DNA of 24,000 bases from Thermoplasmatota archaeon (GCA_038884455.1 JAWABU010000006.1:31492-55491), one strand, 5' to 3'. Numbered from the stretch's first letter, positions 1 to 9,103 are shown. Numbers and translations are program-made. Notes: generated from the letters alone by a model not told the origin.

Positions 1-119
1 AGTTTCAACTGCGAGGATGAATTCATGACTCCAAAACAGCTTCTTTGGTATAATCTTCCAATATCATTTGGATTTGTTACAAGAACATTAGTATTTTTGA
101 GGATCCCATGAATCGGCAT
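1..119 (-). CDS. hypothetical protein, N-terminal fragment (gene runs off the window start)
   Basis: The minus-strand frame is open from ATG (117-119) to position 1: MPIHGILKNTNVLVTNPNDIGRLYQRSCFGVMNSSSQLK... It starts 24 nt downstream of the stop of the S16 gene on the same strand. It is too short to appear in the ORF track and I recognise no family. Confidence 0.3.
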   Translation of the reverse strand, partial: MPIHGILKNTNVLVTNPNDIGRLYQRSCFGVMNSSSQLK

Positions 120-143
120 AGCAATCAAATATTGTTTCCTGCC

Positions 144-2270
144 TTATTTTTGTTTCTTAAAATAATCTTGGATGCTGCGGGGGATTTGACGATCAGGAAA
201 ATCACTGCTTTTTTGTTTTCGGTAATACGCAGTGAAATCTTGGTCTGCATGGTTTAATTGACCAGGATGTTGATTTTGAGGTTGGTCTGATCGTCGAATT
301 AAGATTAAACCAACGATTAATAACCCAATACCAAGTCCTCCAATCCCTCCAACAAAAAGAAAGAATACTGCATATTCAATATTCTGATAGAGCAGTCGAT
401 TCGTAAAAGGTTCCTGGGGTTCAGGAATACCATAGTACCGAGAATTTTGAGTGCTGTAGGTGCTGGTAAAACGGATTGCTCCTGCGATAAGATTTGCATA
501 TTTATAATAGACAAGGGCAAGATCATATGATGATTCATTTTCTAGACTTTGACCATATTCATAGTAGCTTACTGCGAGTACTGGTTCGATTCCAAGTTTT
601 CTGCTTTCGCTAATGCTTGAACTTGCTTGTTCCTGAGCACGATCAACCTTTGCTTGACTTGAGCCATCAACAGTTTCTAGCGCAAGATTCGCTTTCACCA
701 GTGCTTCTAACGCTTCGAACAGTGCTGCTGCAATATATCCATCATCTCGATTTTTTTCAGCAGATGAAAGCAGTTGTTCAGCTTCTGAAATAAACGAAGA
801 GGTTTGTCCCATTTCATCAACAATAACATCTGCATAGACAACTGCTTGTCGAGCATCTTCGATGTACTCCTCAGCAAGATTTCGAACATCCTCAATGCTC
901 ATTTCTCCAGTATCATTGAACGGTTTTCCGATGCCAAGCCACCAGTGGATACTCTCGATGCGTTGCCGTGCAAATGAAATTTGATATAATGCGGTGAGAT
1001 GGTTTTGTGATGAGTAACTCGATTGAGCTTTGGTGATATATGATGCTGCCTCTGAAACACGGGTTTGTGCTGCCCCGACACATTGTAATGAAATCGTTCC
1101 TCGTATCTCTGCGTTTTTAGCTTGTTGGCTATTCGTATCAAACATTGATTGAACCTCAGTAAGAAGTGATTGAACAAAATCATCTTTTTTTGACGTGTTA
1201 AAATACCTGCAAGCATAGGATACAAACTGTGCGTCGATAAGTGATTGAAAAGAGTTACTGGTACTTGTATAGTAACATTGTTGATCGTACCACTGCTGGG
1301 ATTCTTTAAGGTTTTGTTCTGCATTGTTGAGATAGTCTGTAATCTCGTTTTTATAGTAATATGGGAATCGATTTGGTATTTCAGTCGTGTTAAACGCTGC
1401 ACTGGCATTCCGGTATGCCTGTTTTGCATCTTGTAAGAGTTGTGTTGCAAGTGGCTGCATTGATTCAACGTAATGCTTTGTTGAAATACTTTGATTTGAT
1501 TCTGAAGTAGTAAACGTCCATCCGGTGAAATACAGGATTGCTTCGTTGATATCTTCAACTTCACAAACTTCTATACCGTATTTTGTCATTGCATAATCTG
1601 AGACGTTTCGCTTAACCTGTCGTGTTCTGATCTGTGTCCACATTCCATCCTGAGTTGTCTCAGTGATTGTTTCAGTATACACATTTTGACCTTTTGGTAT
1701 GAGAAAACGTGTTGCACCCACCGAATATGCGGCATCACATTTTTGGATGATTCCTCCAATTGGGCCGATACTCCCATCAGGATTAATCATTCCAGTCATA
1801 ACCGTTTTACTATCCAGTGTCCAATTCTCAAGTAGTGCAACGACTGCTGTGGTCATGACTGCTCCTGCAGAAGGACCTCCAATAATCGGCGATGAGGTCC
1901 GAACAACAAAAAAATAATCATAGGTCGTGGGGTCGACTTGGCAGCGATGATCGTTTTTTACGAGTGTTGACGCAACTTTAACTGCAAGTCGAGCAGATCC
2001 TTGCATATCAATTTGTGTTAATGGGAGGGTATCTACAAAGACACGGCCATTTCCATGACTTTGGATGGTAACAGTGATGGTTGAAATAACACCAACATAT
2101 CCTTGACTTGTCTGCGCAACTGCTGGTGCATACACTGTTACATTTCGATATTCAAGAGAAATCTGCCCTCGATGGATATCACCGGCAGGGAACGCCATCG
2201 ATGATACGTTCAAACCTACGTTCGGTAAAAGGAAAATGAGAACAAGAATCAAGATTTTCATCAGCTTCAT
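144..2270 (-). CDS. exported, membrane-anchored Lon-like serine peptidase (S16 proteolytic domain only, no AAA+ module)
   Basis: 708-aa ORF with AGGTGA 6 nt upstream of the ATG at 2270. The N-terminus has a signal-like hydrophobic segment (MKLMKILILVLIFLLPNVG). Lon proteolytic-domain motifs are present: GGPSAGA (Ser codon 1869-1871) and IGGIIQKCDAA..RFLIPKGQ (Ser-Lys dyad). No Walker A/B motifs are visible. A long Q/S/Y-rich region follows with about nine N-x-S/T sequons, then a C-terminal TM helix (AVFFLFVGGIGGLGIGLLIVGLILI) and a basic tail. Confidence 0.8.
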   Translation of the reverse strand: MKLMKILILVLIFLLPNVGLNVSSMAFPAGDIHRGQISLEYRNVTVYAPAVAQTSQGYVGVISTITVTIQSHGNGRVFVDTLPLTQIDMQGSARLAVKVASTLVKNDHRCQVDPTTYDYFFVVRTSSPIIGGPSAGAVMTTAVVALLENWTLDSKTVMTGMINPDGSIGPIGGIIQKCDAAYSVGATRFLIPKGQNVYTETITETTQDGMWTQIRTRQVKRNVSDYAMTKYGIEVCEVEDINEAILYFTGWTFTTSESNQSISTKHYVESMQPLATQLLQDAKQAYRNASAAFNTTEIPNRFPYYYKNEITDYLNNAEQNLKESQQWYDQQCYYTSTSNSFQSLIDAQFVSYACRYFNTSKKDDFVQSLLTEVQSMFDTNSQQAKNAEIRGTISLQCVGAAQTRVSEAASYITKAQSSYSSQNHLTALYQISFARQRIESIHWWLGIGKPFNDTGEMSIEDVRNLAEEYIEDARQAVVYADVIVDEMGQTSSFISEAEQLLSSAEKNRDDGYIAAALFEALEALVKANLALETVDGSSQAKVDRAQEQASSSISESRKLGIEPVLAVSYYEYGQSLENESSYDLALVYYKYANLIAGAIRFTSTYSTQNSRYYGIPEPQEPFTNRLLYQNIEYAVFFLFVGGIGGLGIGLLIVGLILIRRSDQPQNQHPGQLNHADQDFTAYYRKQKSSDFPDRQIPRSIQDYFKKQK

Positions 2271-2386
2271 AGTACTTCACCTGGTTATCTGCTGACTATA
2301 TACCTAGGTTTTTTAAAGTTTGCGAGAAGAACTCTAAATAAGCGAGTCCCGATATTATTAAGTAGGGTAACAGGATACCTTTTTCG

Positions 2387-2431
2387 TTTGAACATGCTAC
2401 TTGTATGGCTTTTCAAAGTAGGATGTTCAAA
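2387..2431. promoter_or_regulatory. imperfect inverted repeat (16-nt arms, 13-nt spacer) upstream of pycB; candidate operator or 5' leader hairpin
   Basis: The left arm tttgaacatgctactt (2387-2402) is the reverse complement of aagtaggatgttcaaa (2416-2431) at 15 of 16 positions. The repeat lies 33-77 nt upstream of the pycB ATG (2464), which has a GGAGG RBS at 2449-2453. Confidence 0.4.
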
Positions 2432-2463
2432 AAAATAATAAAAATACTGGAGGATATATAATT

Positions 2464-4287
2464 ATGGTTCAACTACACGAACTTGTTTTACGAGATGGAC
2501 ATCAATCACTACTGGCGACACGGATGCGAACAGAAGATATGTTACCAATTGCCGATAAATTAGATCAGGTCGGTTTTTTCTCGGTAGAAGTGTGGGGTGG
2601 TGCAACATTTGATGTTTGTATTCGATATTTGAATGAAGATCCATGGATTCGCCTTCAAAAGTTAAAAAAAGCCATGCCAAACACGCCTTTGCAGATGCTT
2701 GAACGAGCTATGAACATTGTTGCCTATTGGAATTTTCCTGACGATGTTGTAAATAAATTTATTTACTTTGCAAAGAAAAATGGCGTTGATTATTTCAGGA
2801 TTTTTGATGCATTGAACGACCTACGAAATATGGAAATACCGATGAAAGCAGTCAAAGAAAACGGAGGTCATGTTCAAGCCTGTCTTAGTTATACAATTTC
2901 ACCAGTACATACCGTTGATTATTTTGTTGAAAAATTTGAAAAACTGCAGAAAATGGGTGCTGATTCATTATGCATTAAAGACATGGCAGGGATGATATCT
3001 CCAAAACGAGCCTATGATATCATCAAGGGGGTGAAAGATGCAGGTATTAAACTACCCATGGATTTACATTCCCATTATACAAGTGGTATGACGGGGATGG
3101 CATATCAACGTGCTCTTGAAGCAGGTGCAGATATTCTTGATACGTCGATGTCACCGATTTCAGGAGGAACTGCTGCCCCTGCAACCGAAAGTGTCGTTGC
3201 TGCACTACAAGGAACTGAATGGGATACGAAGTATGATTTAGAACTCCTCATTGAAATTCGGAATTATTTCTTAAAAGTATGGGAGAAATACCGACATTTA
3301 CATCGGTTTGATGCGTTAAAAGTCGATCCCAGTGTAACCCTTCATCAAGTTCCTGGGGGGATGTTGTCAAATTTAATCTTTCAATTAGAAGAGCAAGGAG
3401 CTCGTGATAAATATCGTGAGATACTCTTGGAGACCGCACGGGTTCGAGAAGAACTTGGATATCCTCCATTGGTTACTCCAACAAGTCAGGTTGTTGGCGT
3501 TCAAGCGGTGATGAATGTACTGCATGGTCGATATAAAGTTGTGACCAATGAGACGAAGGATTATTGTCGTGGGATGTATGGAAAACCACCTGCTGATATC
3601 AAACCAGACATTATGAAAAAGGTTCTTGGGCCGAAATGGAAAGATGAAGTTATAGATTGCCGTCCGTCTGATCTGTTGAAACCCCTGTGGCATCAGCGGA
3701 AAAAAGAACTTCAAGAAATCGATGGAGGATCATTGATCAAAAAAGAAGAAGACATTCTGACGTATATCTTGTATCCTCAAGTTGGATTGAAGTTTTTAAA
3801 AGGAGAAGCGCGTGCTGAGTTTACCTCAGATGCATTGCCGCTACCGATTGATCATCCATTAACCCGATCAATGGTGAAACAATCATTTCCTGAATATAAA
3901 CAGATTTGGCTTGAAATTGAACCACCTGAAAAACGTTCTGGTCCTGCTCAGATCCCAACGGAGTTTACTGTTGAGGTTGACGGAGAGCCATTTGAGGTGA
4001 AAGTCATACCCACGGGCGGTTTCATGGTTGCCGGAGCTGGAGAGAGCACCGTATGTTCAAAACCCAAAGATGTTGAGGGTGGCGTGAAAACTTCGATGCA
4101 AGGAACGATTTTGAAAGTCAAAGTCAAAAAAGGAGATAAAGTCAAAAAAGGTGATGTCATCGCAACGATTGAAGCTATGAAAATGGAACAAGAGATCAAA
4201 TCAGAGGTCGACGGTGAAGTTAAAGAAATCTTCATCAAAGAGGGCACTGGTGTCGCCTGTGGTGATCTCCTGATGCAGATCCTTTAA
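2464..4287 (+). CDS. pycB: biotin-dependent carboxylase, carboxyltransferase + biotin-carrier subunit (pyruvate carboxylase subunit B / oxaloacetate decarboxylase alpha family)
   Basis: 607 aa with a GGAGG RBS. The N-terminal HMGL-like carboxyltransferase signature is present (LRDGHQSL, FSVEVWGGATFD). The C-terminal biotinyl domain carries EAMKMEQEI, with the biotinyl-Lys codon at 4180-4182. A biotin carboxylase gene follows immediately. Confidence 0.9.
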   Translation: MVQLHELVLRDGHQSLLATRMRTEDMLPIADKLDQVGFFSVEVWGGATFDVCIRYLNEDPWIRLQKLKKAMPNTPLQMLERAMNIVAYWNFPDDVVNKFIYFAKKNGVDYFRIFDALNDLRNMEIPMKAVKENGGHVQACLSYTISPVHTVDYFVEKFEKLQKMGADSLCIKDMAGMISPKRAYDIIKGVKDAGIKLPMDLHSHYTSGMTGMAYQRALEAGADILDTSMSPISGGTAAPATESVVAALQGTEWDTKYDLELLIEIRNYFLKVWEKYRHLHRFDALKVDPSVTLHQVPGGMLSNLIFQLEEQGARDKYREILLETARVREELGYPPLVTPTSQVVGVQAVMNVLHGRYKVVTNETKDYCRGMYGKPPADIKPDIMKKVLGPKWKDEVIDCRPSDLLKPLWHQRKKELQEIDGGSLIKKEEDILTYILYPQVGLKFLKGEARAEFTSDALPLPIDHPLTRSMVKQSFPEYKQIWLEIEPPEKRSGPAQIPTEFTVEVDGEPFEVKVIPTGGFMVAGAGESTVCSKPKDVEGGVKTSMQGTILKVKVKKGDKVKKGDVIATIEAMKMEQEIKSEVDGEVKEIFIKEGTGVACGDLLMQIL

Positions 4288-4316
4288 TAGTTATTGGATT
4301 AATTTTGGTGAAGTAT

Positions 4317-5783
4317 ATGTTGAACAAAGTGCTCATTGCTAATCGCGGTGAAATCGCGATTCGTATCATGCGTGCCTGTAAGGAATTCGGGATTGCAACA
4401 GTTGCTGTGTATTCAGATGCTGATCAATCAGCATTATTTGTTAAATATGCTGACGAAAAATATCACATTGGTCCTGGTCCTGCAAGTCAAAGCTATCTTA
4501 ACAAGGATAAAATCATCGATGTTGCCTTGAAATCAGGTGCTGAGGGGATCCATCCAGGATATGGTTTTCTTGCTGAGAATGCTGAGTTTGCTGAACTCTG
4601 CAAAAAAAACGGCATTGAATTTATCGGACCGCCGGTTTCTGCAATGAAACTCATGGGGTCAAAGATTGATTCAAAGAAATCCATGATTAAAGCAGGTGTT
4701 TCTGTGGTTCCTGGCGTTGTTGAAGCGATTTCTGATCATGAACGAGCAAAAGATATTGCCCATGAAATTGGATATCCAATCATGCTGAAGGCATCTGCAG
4801 GTGGTGGTGGTATTGGTATTCAAAAAGTTGACAATGAGCAACAGATGGAGAAAGCGCTTGCAACGGTTCGTCAGCTCGCAAAAAATTCTTTTGGCGATGA
4901 TTCTGTTTTTATTGAAAAATTCATTGAAGACCCACGACATATTGAATACCAAGTTATCGGCGACAAGAAAGGTCATTTAATCCATTGTTACGAACGTGAA
5001 TGTAGTGTGCAACGTCGCCATCAGAAACTGATTGAGGAAACACCCTCCTGTGCATTAACACCAGAACTCCGAGAGGAAATCGGCAGGCAGGCGGTACTTG
5101 CAGCAAAAACCGCTGGTTATTATAATGCAGGTACCTGCGAGTTTATGTTTAAAGATGGACGGTTTTTCTTCCTTGAAATGAACACGCGACTGCAGGTTGA
5201 ACATCCAATTACTGAAATGACTACAGGAGTTGATCTTGCTCGGGAACAACTTCGGATTGCATCAGGTTTTGAACTTGAATACGATCAAGAAGATATTCAT
5301 CCAAGAGGTCATGCGATTGAATGTCGAATTAACGCAGAAGACCCGCTAAACAATTTTATGCCTGCACCTGGTAAAATCGTTCGATATGCTGAACCAAGTG
5401 GCCCAGGGATTCGTGTTGATGCAGGTGTATATCAAGGGTTTACAATTCCTCCGTTCTATGATTCAATGATTGCAAAACTGATTGTCTGGGCTGAAGATCG
5501 ATCACGTGCAATTGCTCGTGTGAAACGTGCATTGTGGGAATATCAAATCGGTGGAGTGCGAAACAACATTCCATTTCATCAGGTGGTGATGAACCATCCC
5601 AAGTTTGTCTCGGGAGAATATAATACAAGTTTTATCCCACGATATAATATTCTCGAACAGGTAGTCCAGCATGTCCAGACGATGAAAGCTCAATCTCAGA
5701 CGCCAAGGACAGCTGCAGCAATGGCTGCTGTGCAAGCAGTACTTCTTGCTGCAAACCAAGGATCTGGTCAGAAAAAATCTTAA
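4317..5783 (+). CDS. pycA: biotin carboxylase subunit (pyruvate carboxylase subunit A / AccC family)
   Basis: The product starts MLNKVLIANRGEIAIRI, as biotin carboxylases typically do. It has the ATP-grasp glycine loop KASAGGGGIG and the EMNTRLQVEHPITE signature. I prefer ATG 4317 (GGTGA 5 nt upstream) over the TTG at 4305 used by the ORF track. Confidence 0.9.
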   Translation: MLNKVLIANRGEIAIRIMRACKEFGIATVAVYSDADQSALFVKYADEKYHIGPGPASQSYLNKDKIIDVALKSGAEGIHPGYGFLAENAEFAELCKKNGIEFIGPPVSAMKLMGSKIDSKKSMIKAGVSVVPGVVEAISDHERAKDIAHEIGYPIMLKASAGGGGIGIQKVDNEQQMEKALATVRQLAKNSFGDDSVFIEKFIEDPRHIEYQVIGDKKGHLIHCYERECSVQRRHQKLIEETPSCALTPELREEIGRQAVLAAKTAGYYNAGTCEFMFKDGRFFFLEMNTRLQVEHPITEMTTGVDLAREQLRIASGFELEYDQEDIHPRGHAIECRINAEDPLNNFMPAPGKIVRYAEPSGPGIRVDAGVYQGFTIPPFYDSMIAKLIVWAEDRSRAIARVKRALWEYQIGGVRNNIPFHQVVMNHPKFVSGEYNTSFIPRYNILEQVVQHVQTMKAQSQTPRTAAAMAAVQAVLLAANQGSGQKKS

Positions 5784-5806
5784 AAAAATTGCCAGCAAAT
5801 TTTTGT

Positions 5807-6607
5807 ATGAATAACGTTGGAGATTCTACAGAACTTGAATTTAGAAAAAAAGCAAGCGAGTTTCCCAAAGGTTTTTTTCATCAATTGATTTTTTTACCTG
5901 TGGTTTCATCGACCAATGTCTTTTTGAAAGAAGGACTCAAACGACGTACTCTTCCTATGGGGACCGTCGTAGTTGCCGCAGAGCAGACGCACGGTCGTGG
6001 TCGTTTTGATCGTGTATGGTTCTCCCCAAAAGGTGGTTTATATTGTTCTTTATCGTTACGTCCAAAAACAGCAGTCAAAAATACCTCTTTGATCCCGTTA
6101 TTTACCGCGCTTGCTGTCGTAAAGACGCTTCTCAAGTTTCAGATTCACTCATTGATTAAATGGCCAAACGATGTGCATATCCATGGCAGAAAAATCGCAG
6201 GCATTCTTCTCGAATCTGAAGTTGAAAATAATGCGGTGAATTATGTGATAGTCGGCGTTGGAATAAACGTTAATATTTCAACGTTTCCTGATACCTTAAA
6301 GGTGCCTGCAACGTCGTTATTGCAGCAGCTTCAGAAGCCAGTTTCTCTCGTTTCCGTGTTCTCAGAATTTATCGAGTGTTTTCATCACTATTATACTCTT
6401 TTTCTTCAGGAGAAATATAACGAAATTCTTTATGAATGGAAGCTGAATTCTGATACGATCGGAAAACATCTTGTAGTTCGTTCCGGTGCTCTTGAGATCG
6501 ATGGTGTCGCTGTTGATGTGGATGACTTTGGTTTTCTCCTGGTTCAAACACCTGATGGAATTATGAAGGTTTCAAGTGGTGATTGTGAGTATCTTGATGG
6601 TCTATAG
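5807..6607 (+). CDS. birA: biotin--protein ligase (group I BirA, no N-terminal DNA-binding domain evident)
   Basis: It carries the GRGRFDRVWFSPKGGLYCSL and KWPNDVHIHGRKIAGILLE motifs. Its length of about 266 aa leaves no room for a winged-helix N-terminal domain. I use ATG 5807; the track ORF begins at TTG 5789. Confidence 0.85.
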   Translation: MNNVGDSTELEFRKKASEFPKGFFHQLIFLPVVSSTNVFLKEGLKRRTLPMGTVVVAAEQTHGRGRFDRVWFSPKGGLYCSLSLRPKTAVKNTSLIPLFTALAVVKTLLKFQIHSLIKWPNDVHIHGRKIAGILLESEVENNAVNYVIVGVGINVNISTFPDTLKVPATSLLQQLQKPVSLVSVFSEFIECFHHYYTLFLQEKYNEILYEWKLNSDTIGKHLVVRSGALEIDGVAVDVDDFGFLLVQTPDGIMKVSSGDCEYLDGL

Positions 6608-6949
6608 CATACTCCACATGAAGGTAGGTGGTACTCCAACTGTTATGTACACTACTTTTTCTCTACCGTTGTTTCGAGCTTTATGTTTGAGGCTGGAATC
6701 ATGATACAACAGGTCTCCTTTGGTTAATTTGTAGGTATGATCTCCCACCATGTATTCCATTTCTCCTTCGAGGACGAGATGAAATTCCTCGCCGGTATGC
6801 TGGAACCAGCGTGATTCTGCCTGCGGGTCAAGTTCAGCAATAATCGCCTCCATGTTGTTTGATTTCACCATAAGACGATACAGTCGCCCTGGTTTATGTG
6901 TTTTACTTTGTTCTTCTCCTTTCTTCAAAAGAATAACTTTTTGTTCCAT
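6602..6949 (-). CDS. cupin domain protein
   Basis: 115 aa with a cupin_2-like core: HTGEEFHLVLEGEMEYMVGDHTYKLTKGDLLYHDSSLKHKARN. It is convergent with birA and overlaps its end by 6 nt. Confidence 0.7.
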   Translation of the reverse strand: MEQKVILLKKGEEQSKTHKPGRLYRLMVKSNNMEAIIAELDPQAESRWFQHTGEEFHLVLEGEMEYMVGDHTYKLTKGDLLYHDSSLKHKARNNGREKVVYITVGVPPTFMWSML

Positions 6950-7080
6950 ATGTTCGTTGCTCCCCGCGCATGAATAGTCGTTTTTCTCTAATAAAGGTTT
7001 CCAAAAAATGCTGCTTTGGGTAGCATGATGGAGCGGAAGGATTTTCTTTGTGGTACTGTCGAATTTATTCGTGAGAAAAT

Positions 7081-7088
7081 TATAAATA
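7081..7088 (+). promoter_or_regulatory. TATA-box-like element for the 7112 gene (little or no leader)
   Basis: tataaata begins 31 nt upstream of ATG 7112, and no Shine-Dalgarno motif lies between them. This geometry is typical of archaeal leaderless transcripts. Confidence 0.45.
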
Positions 7089-7111
7089 CTTAACAGGCGT
7101 TAATAACACGT

Positions 7112-8581
7112 ATGGGGAAAAATATGAAGGACAAACAAATCATCTCTTTTGTAGGAGTTGTTGTCATTACTTGGTGTTTTCTTTTTTCATTACCAAGTAA
7201 TGCTGAAAAGATATTCATAAACCAATCAGTAAAACAAAATAGTACACCACCACCATCATCGCAGCTTACAGATAGTCTTCCATATACTGGCCGCGTTCGA
7301 ATTTACATTGTTGAGCCAGTATCTCGGTGGAAGATGGCAAATCAAGAATACTATCATTTTGGTTTCTTAGGATTTGCATATAATAATCAGATTTCAATCA
7401 ACTATGGTGAAACGTTTGATCAGACAATTACCTGGGATGGTGACTCTCTTGTAAACGAGAATAACATCATGGTTATCGCTGCGGTCTTCAACCCAGAACG
7501 ATACCCTGGATATGCACGACCGCCATCACAGAATCCTTTTGATGCATACTATGTCGATGCAACTGCTGGTGCTCGGCCAGGTCAAACAGGGTATAACCGA
7601 ATTCAAGAAAATTTCACCCATACGGTGCTCGTTGAAGAGAGTACAGCAACCTGGTGTGGCTACTGTCCCTCAATGGCAGACGTATTGTATAGTATTTATC
7701 AATCGGGTGAGTATCCATACTATTTTGTTGCGCTTGTAGACGATAAAAACACACAGGCAGCTCAGCGAAACGATGAGTTCAACTTGTATGGTTTCCCAAC
7801 AGCGTTTTTCGATGGCGGATATAAAGTGCTTGTCGGCGGTCAATCAAGTGATACAACCGCTCGAAATTACATTAAAAACTCAGGGAAACGAAACGTTCAT
7901 GAACTCAATCTGAGTGTTTCAGTAGCATGGCTTGGCAATGGTGATTTATCGATTCATTTCACAATTACGAACAATGAGATGATTAATCCTCCTGAGACAC
8001 CAAGCGCTCCAACCGGTCCCACACAAGGATATTCCAATATTGAGTATACTTATACTGCAGTGACCACTGATCCGAACAATGACAAGATCTTGTATAAGTT
8101 TGACTGGGGTGATGGAACGTCGTCTGATTGGATCGGACCAAAAACATCAGGAGAACCTATAACTGCAAAACACACATGGACTGCTGATGGGGCGTATCAA
8201 GTAAAAGTGAAAGCAAAAGATGTCGGTGGCGGCGGCTATGAAACAAGTTGGTCAGCACCTCTCTCTGTTCAGATACAGCCCGCTCAGTTTAATATTGTGG
8301 TTGCCGGTGGTAAATCGATAGTTACCGCAACGATTACTAATGCCGGTGCGAGTACCTTGCCATCAGTTGAGTGGCGTATTTCGGTAAAAGGCGGGATTTT
8401 CGGTCGAATCGACATTGTATCCACAGGAACCCTCATAAATCTTGCACCGAACACACCGACCGAGGTTTCGACAGATAAAACCTTGTTTGGCGTTGGGAAA
8501 CTTGCTATCACCGTGACTGCTGATACAACCGTGAAAGAATTCAATGGTTTTATTTTTGGACCGTTTATCATCATTCGATAA
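7112..8581 (+). CDS. exported thioredoxin-fold (CxxC) protein with a PKD domain and a C-terminal CARDB/Ig-like beta domain
   Basis: 489 aa with a signal-like N-terminus (IISFVGVVVITWCFLFSLPSNA). The thioredoxin-like core reads VLVEESTATWCGYCP (CxxC at 7655-7666) with a cis-Pro-loop-like YGFPTAFFDGG. The PKD signature is YKFDWGDGTSSDW...YQVKVKAKD (about 8000-8275). The last ~98 aa (8283-8578) align with the C-terminus of the C25 peptidase encoded at 9674-11839. Confidence 0.75.
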   Translation: MGKNMKDKQIISFVGVVVITWCFLFSLPSNAEKIFINQSVKQNSTPPPSSQLTDSLPYTGRVRIYIVEPVSRWKMANQEYYHFGFLGFAYNNQISINYGETFDQTITWDGDSLVNENNIMVIAAVFNPERYPGYARPPSQNPFDAYYVDATAGARPGQTGYNRIQENFTHTVLVEESTATWCGYCPSMADVLYSIYQSGEYPYYFVALVDDKNTQAAQRNDEFNLYGFPTAFFDGGYKVLVGGQSSDTTARNYIKNSGKRNVHELNLSVSVAWLGNGDLSIHFTITNNEMINPPETPSAPTGPTQGYSNIEYTYTAVTTDPNNDKILYKFDWGDGTSSDWIGPKTSGEPITAKHTWTADGAYQVKVKAKDVGGGGYETSWSAPLSVQIQPAQFNIVVAGGKSIVTATITNAGASTLPSVEWRISVKGGIFGRIDIVSTGTLINLAPNTPTEVSTDKTLFGVGKLAITVTADTTVKEFNGFIFGPFIIIR

Positions 8582-8635
8582 AAATGAGCTAACACTCTCT
8601 TCGCTATGATCAAAGAAAAAAGAGAGGATAGAGAC

Positions 8636-9088
8636 ATGAATAAAATATTATTGCTTGGAAGTATAGCTCTTGTGGGAATATCAGCGTTTTCGTTACTCGT
8701 CGGTGCGCATACCATGTGGCAGAAAACAAGTGATCTTCTTGGTGGCTATGAAACGATTACGTTTACCATCTATGAAGGCGAAGGTTGTGGATGTGTTCCG
8801 ATTTATAATGCTACCGTTTCAGCGGTTGGCAGAACAACCTCTCATAGCACGGCAGGCAGTACGGATGATGATGGTCAATGTATCCTTGCATTAGAATACG
8901 ACGAAACGTATCGAATTCATATTAATGCTGACGGTTTTCATACCGTGCTGTTTGATGTTAATATTGTAGATGATCAGATGTTTTCATTTCATCTTGAAAA
9001 AACCGATGATGCTATATCACTCCGATCCATACTTCTGCAGCATCTCGTCCAGAGGATACCATTGATGAAAAGATTTATTCCTCAATGA
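8636..9088 (+). CDS. small N-terminally anchored protein with a CarboxypepD_reg-like beta-sandwich
   Basis: I prefer ATG 8636 (GAGAGGA 7 nt upstream) over the track start at 8606. The N-terminus MNKILLLGSIALVGISAFSLLVGA looks like a signal or anchor. The segment ITFTIYEGEGCGCVPIYNATVSAVGR...TDDDGQCILALEYDETYRIHINADGFH resembles carboxypeptidase regulatory-like domains. Confidence 0.6.
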   Translation: MNKILLLGSIALVGISAFSLLVGAHTMWQKTSDLLGGYETITFTIYEGEGCGCVPIYNATVSAVGRTTSHSTAGSTDDDGQCILALEYDETYRIHINADGFHTVLFDVNIVDDQMFSFHLEKTDDAISLRSILLQHLVQRIPLMKRFIPQ

Positions 9089-9103
9089 GAGTTACCTGAT
9101 CCG

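Noticed and set aside
899-1564. A 221-aa ORF in an alternative frame on the same strand, nested inside the S16 protease gene. This is strikingly long for an AT-rich sequence.
   Set aside because: Its translation is low-complexity (rich in H, Q, T, K) with no recognisable motifs, start context or RBS. The overlapping main frame carries clear protease and TM features. It is most likely a by-product of the Q/S/Y-rich codon composition of the main frame.
2464-4287. The 607-aa subunit could be the alpha subunit of a Na+-pumping oxaloacetate decarboxylase.
   Set aside because: No oadB/oadG-like membrane subunit genes are adjacent. A biotin carboxylase gene and birA follow directly, which fits an ATP-dependent carboxylase better. 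The alternative is kept only as a caveat.
8579-8635. The 7112-8581 and 8606-9088 ORFs are in the same reading frame, which suggested stop-codon readthrough or recoding.
   Set aside because: The TAA at 8579-8581 is followed by an in-frame TGA at 8585-8587. The downstream gene also has its own RBS and a signal-like N-terminus at ATG 8636.
8284-8715. A 143-aa antisense ORF across the end of the CxxC/PKD gene. Similar shadow ORFs occur at 3385-3714, 12989-13282, 14466-14783 and 17079-17399.
   Set aside because: All lie opposite or inside genes with strong family signatures. They have odd composition and no RBS or promoter context, so I treat them as non-coding shadows.
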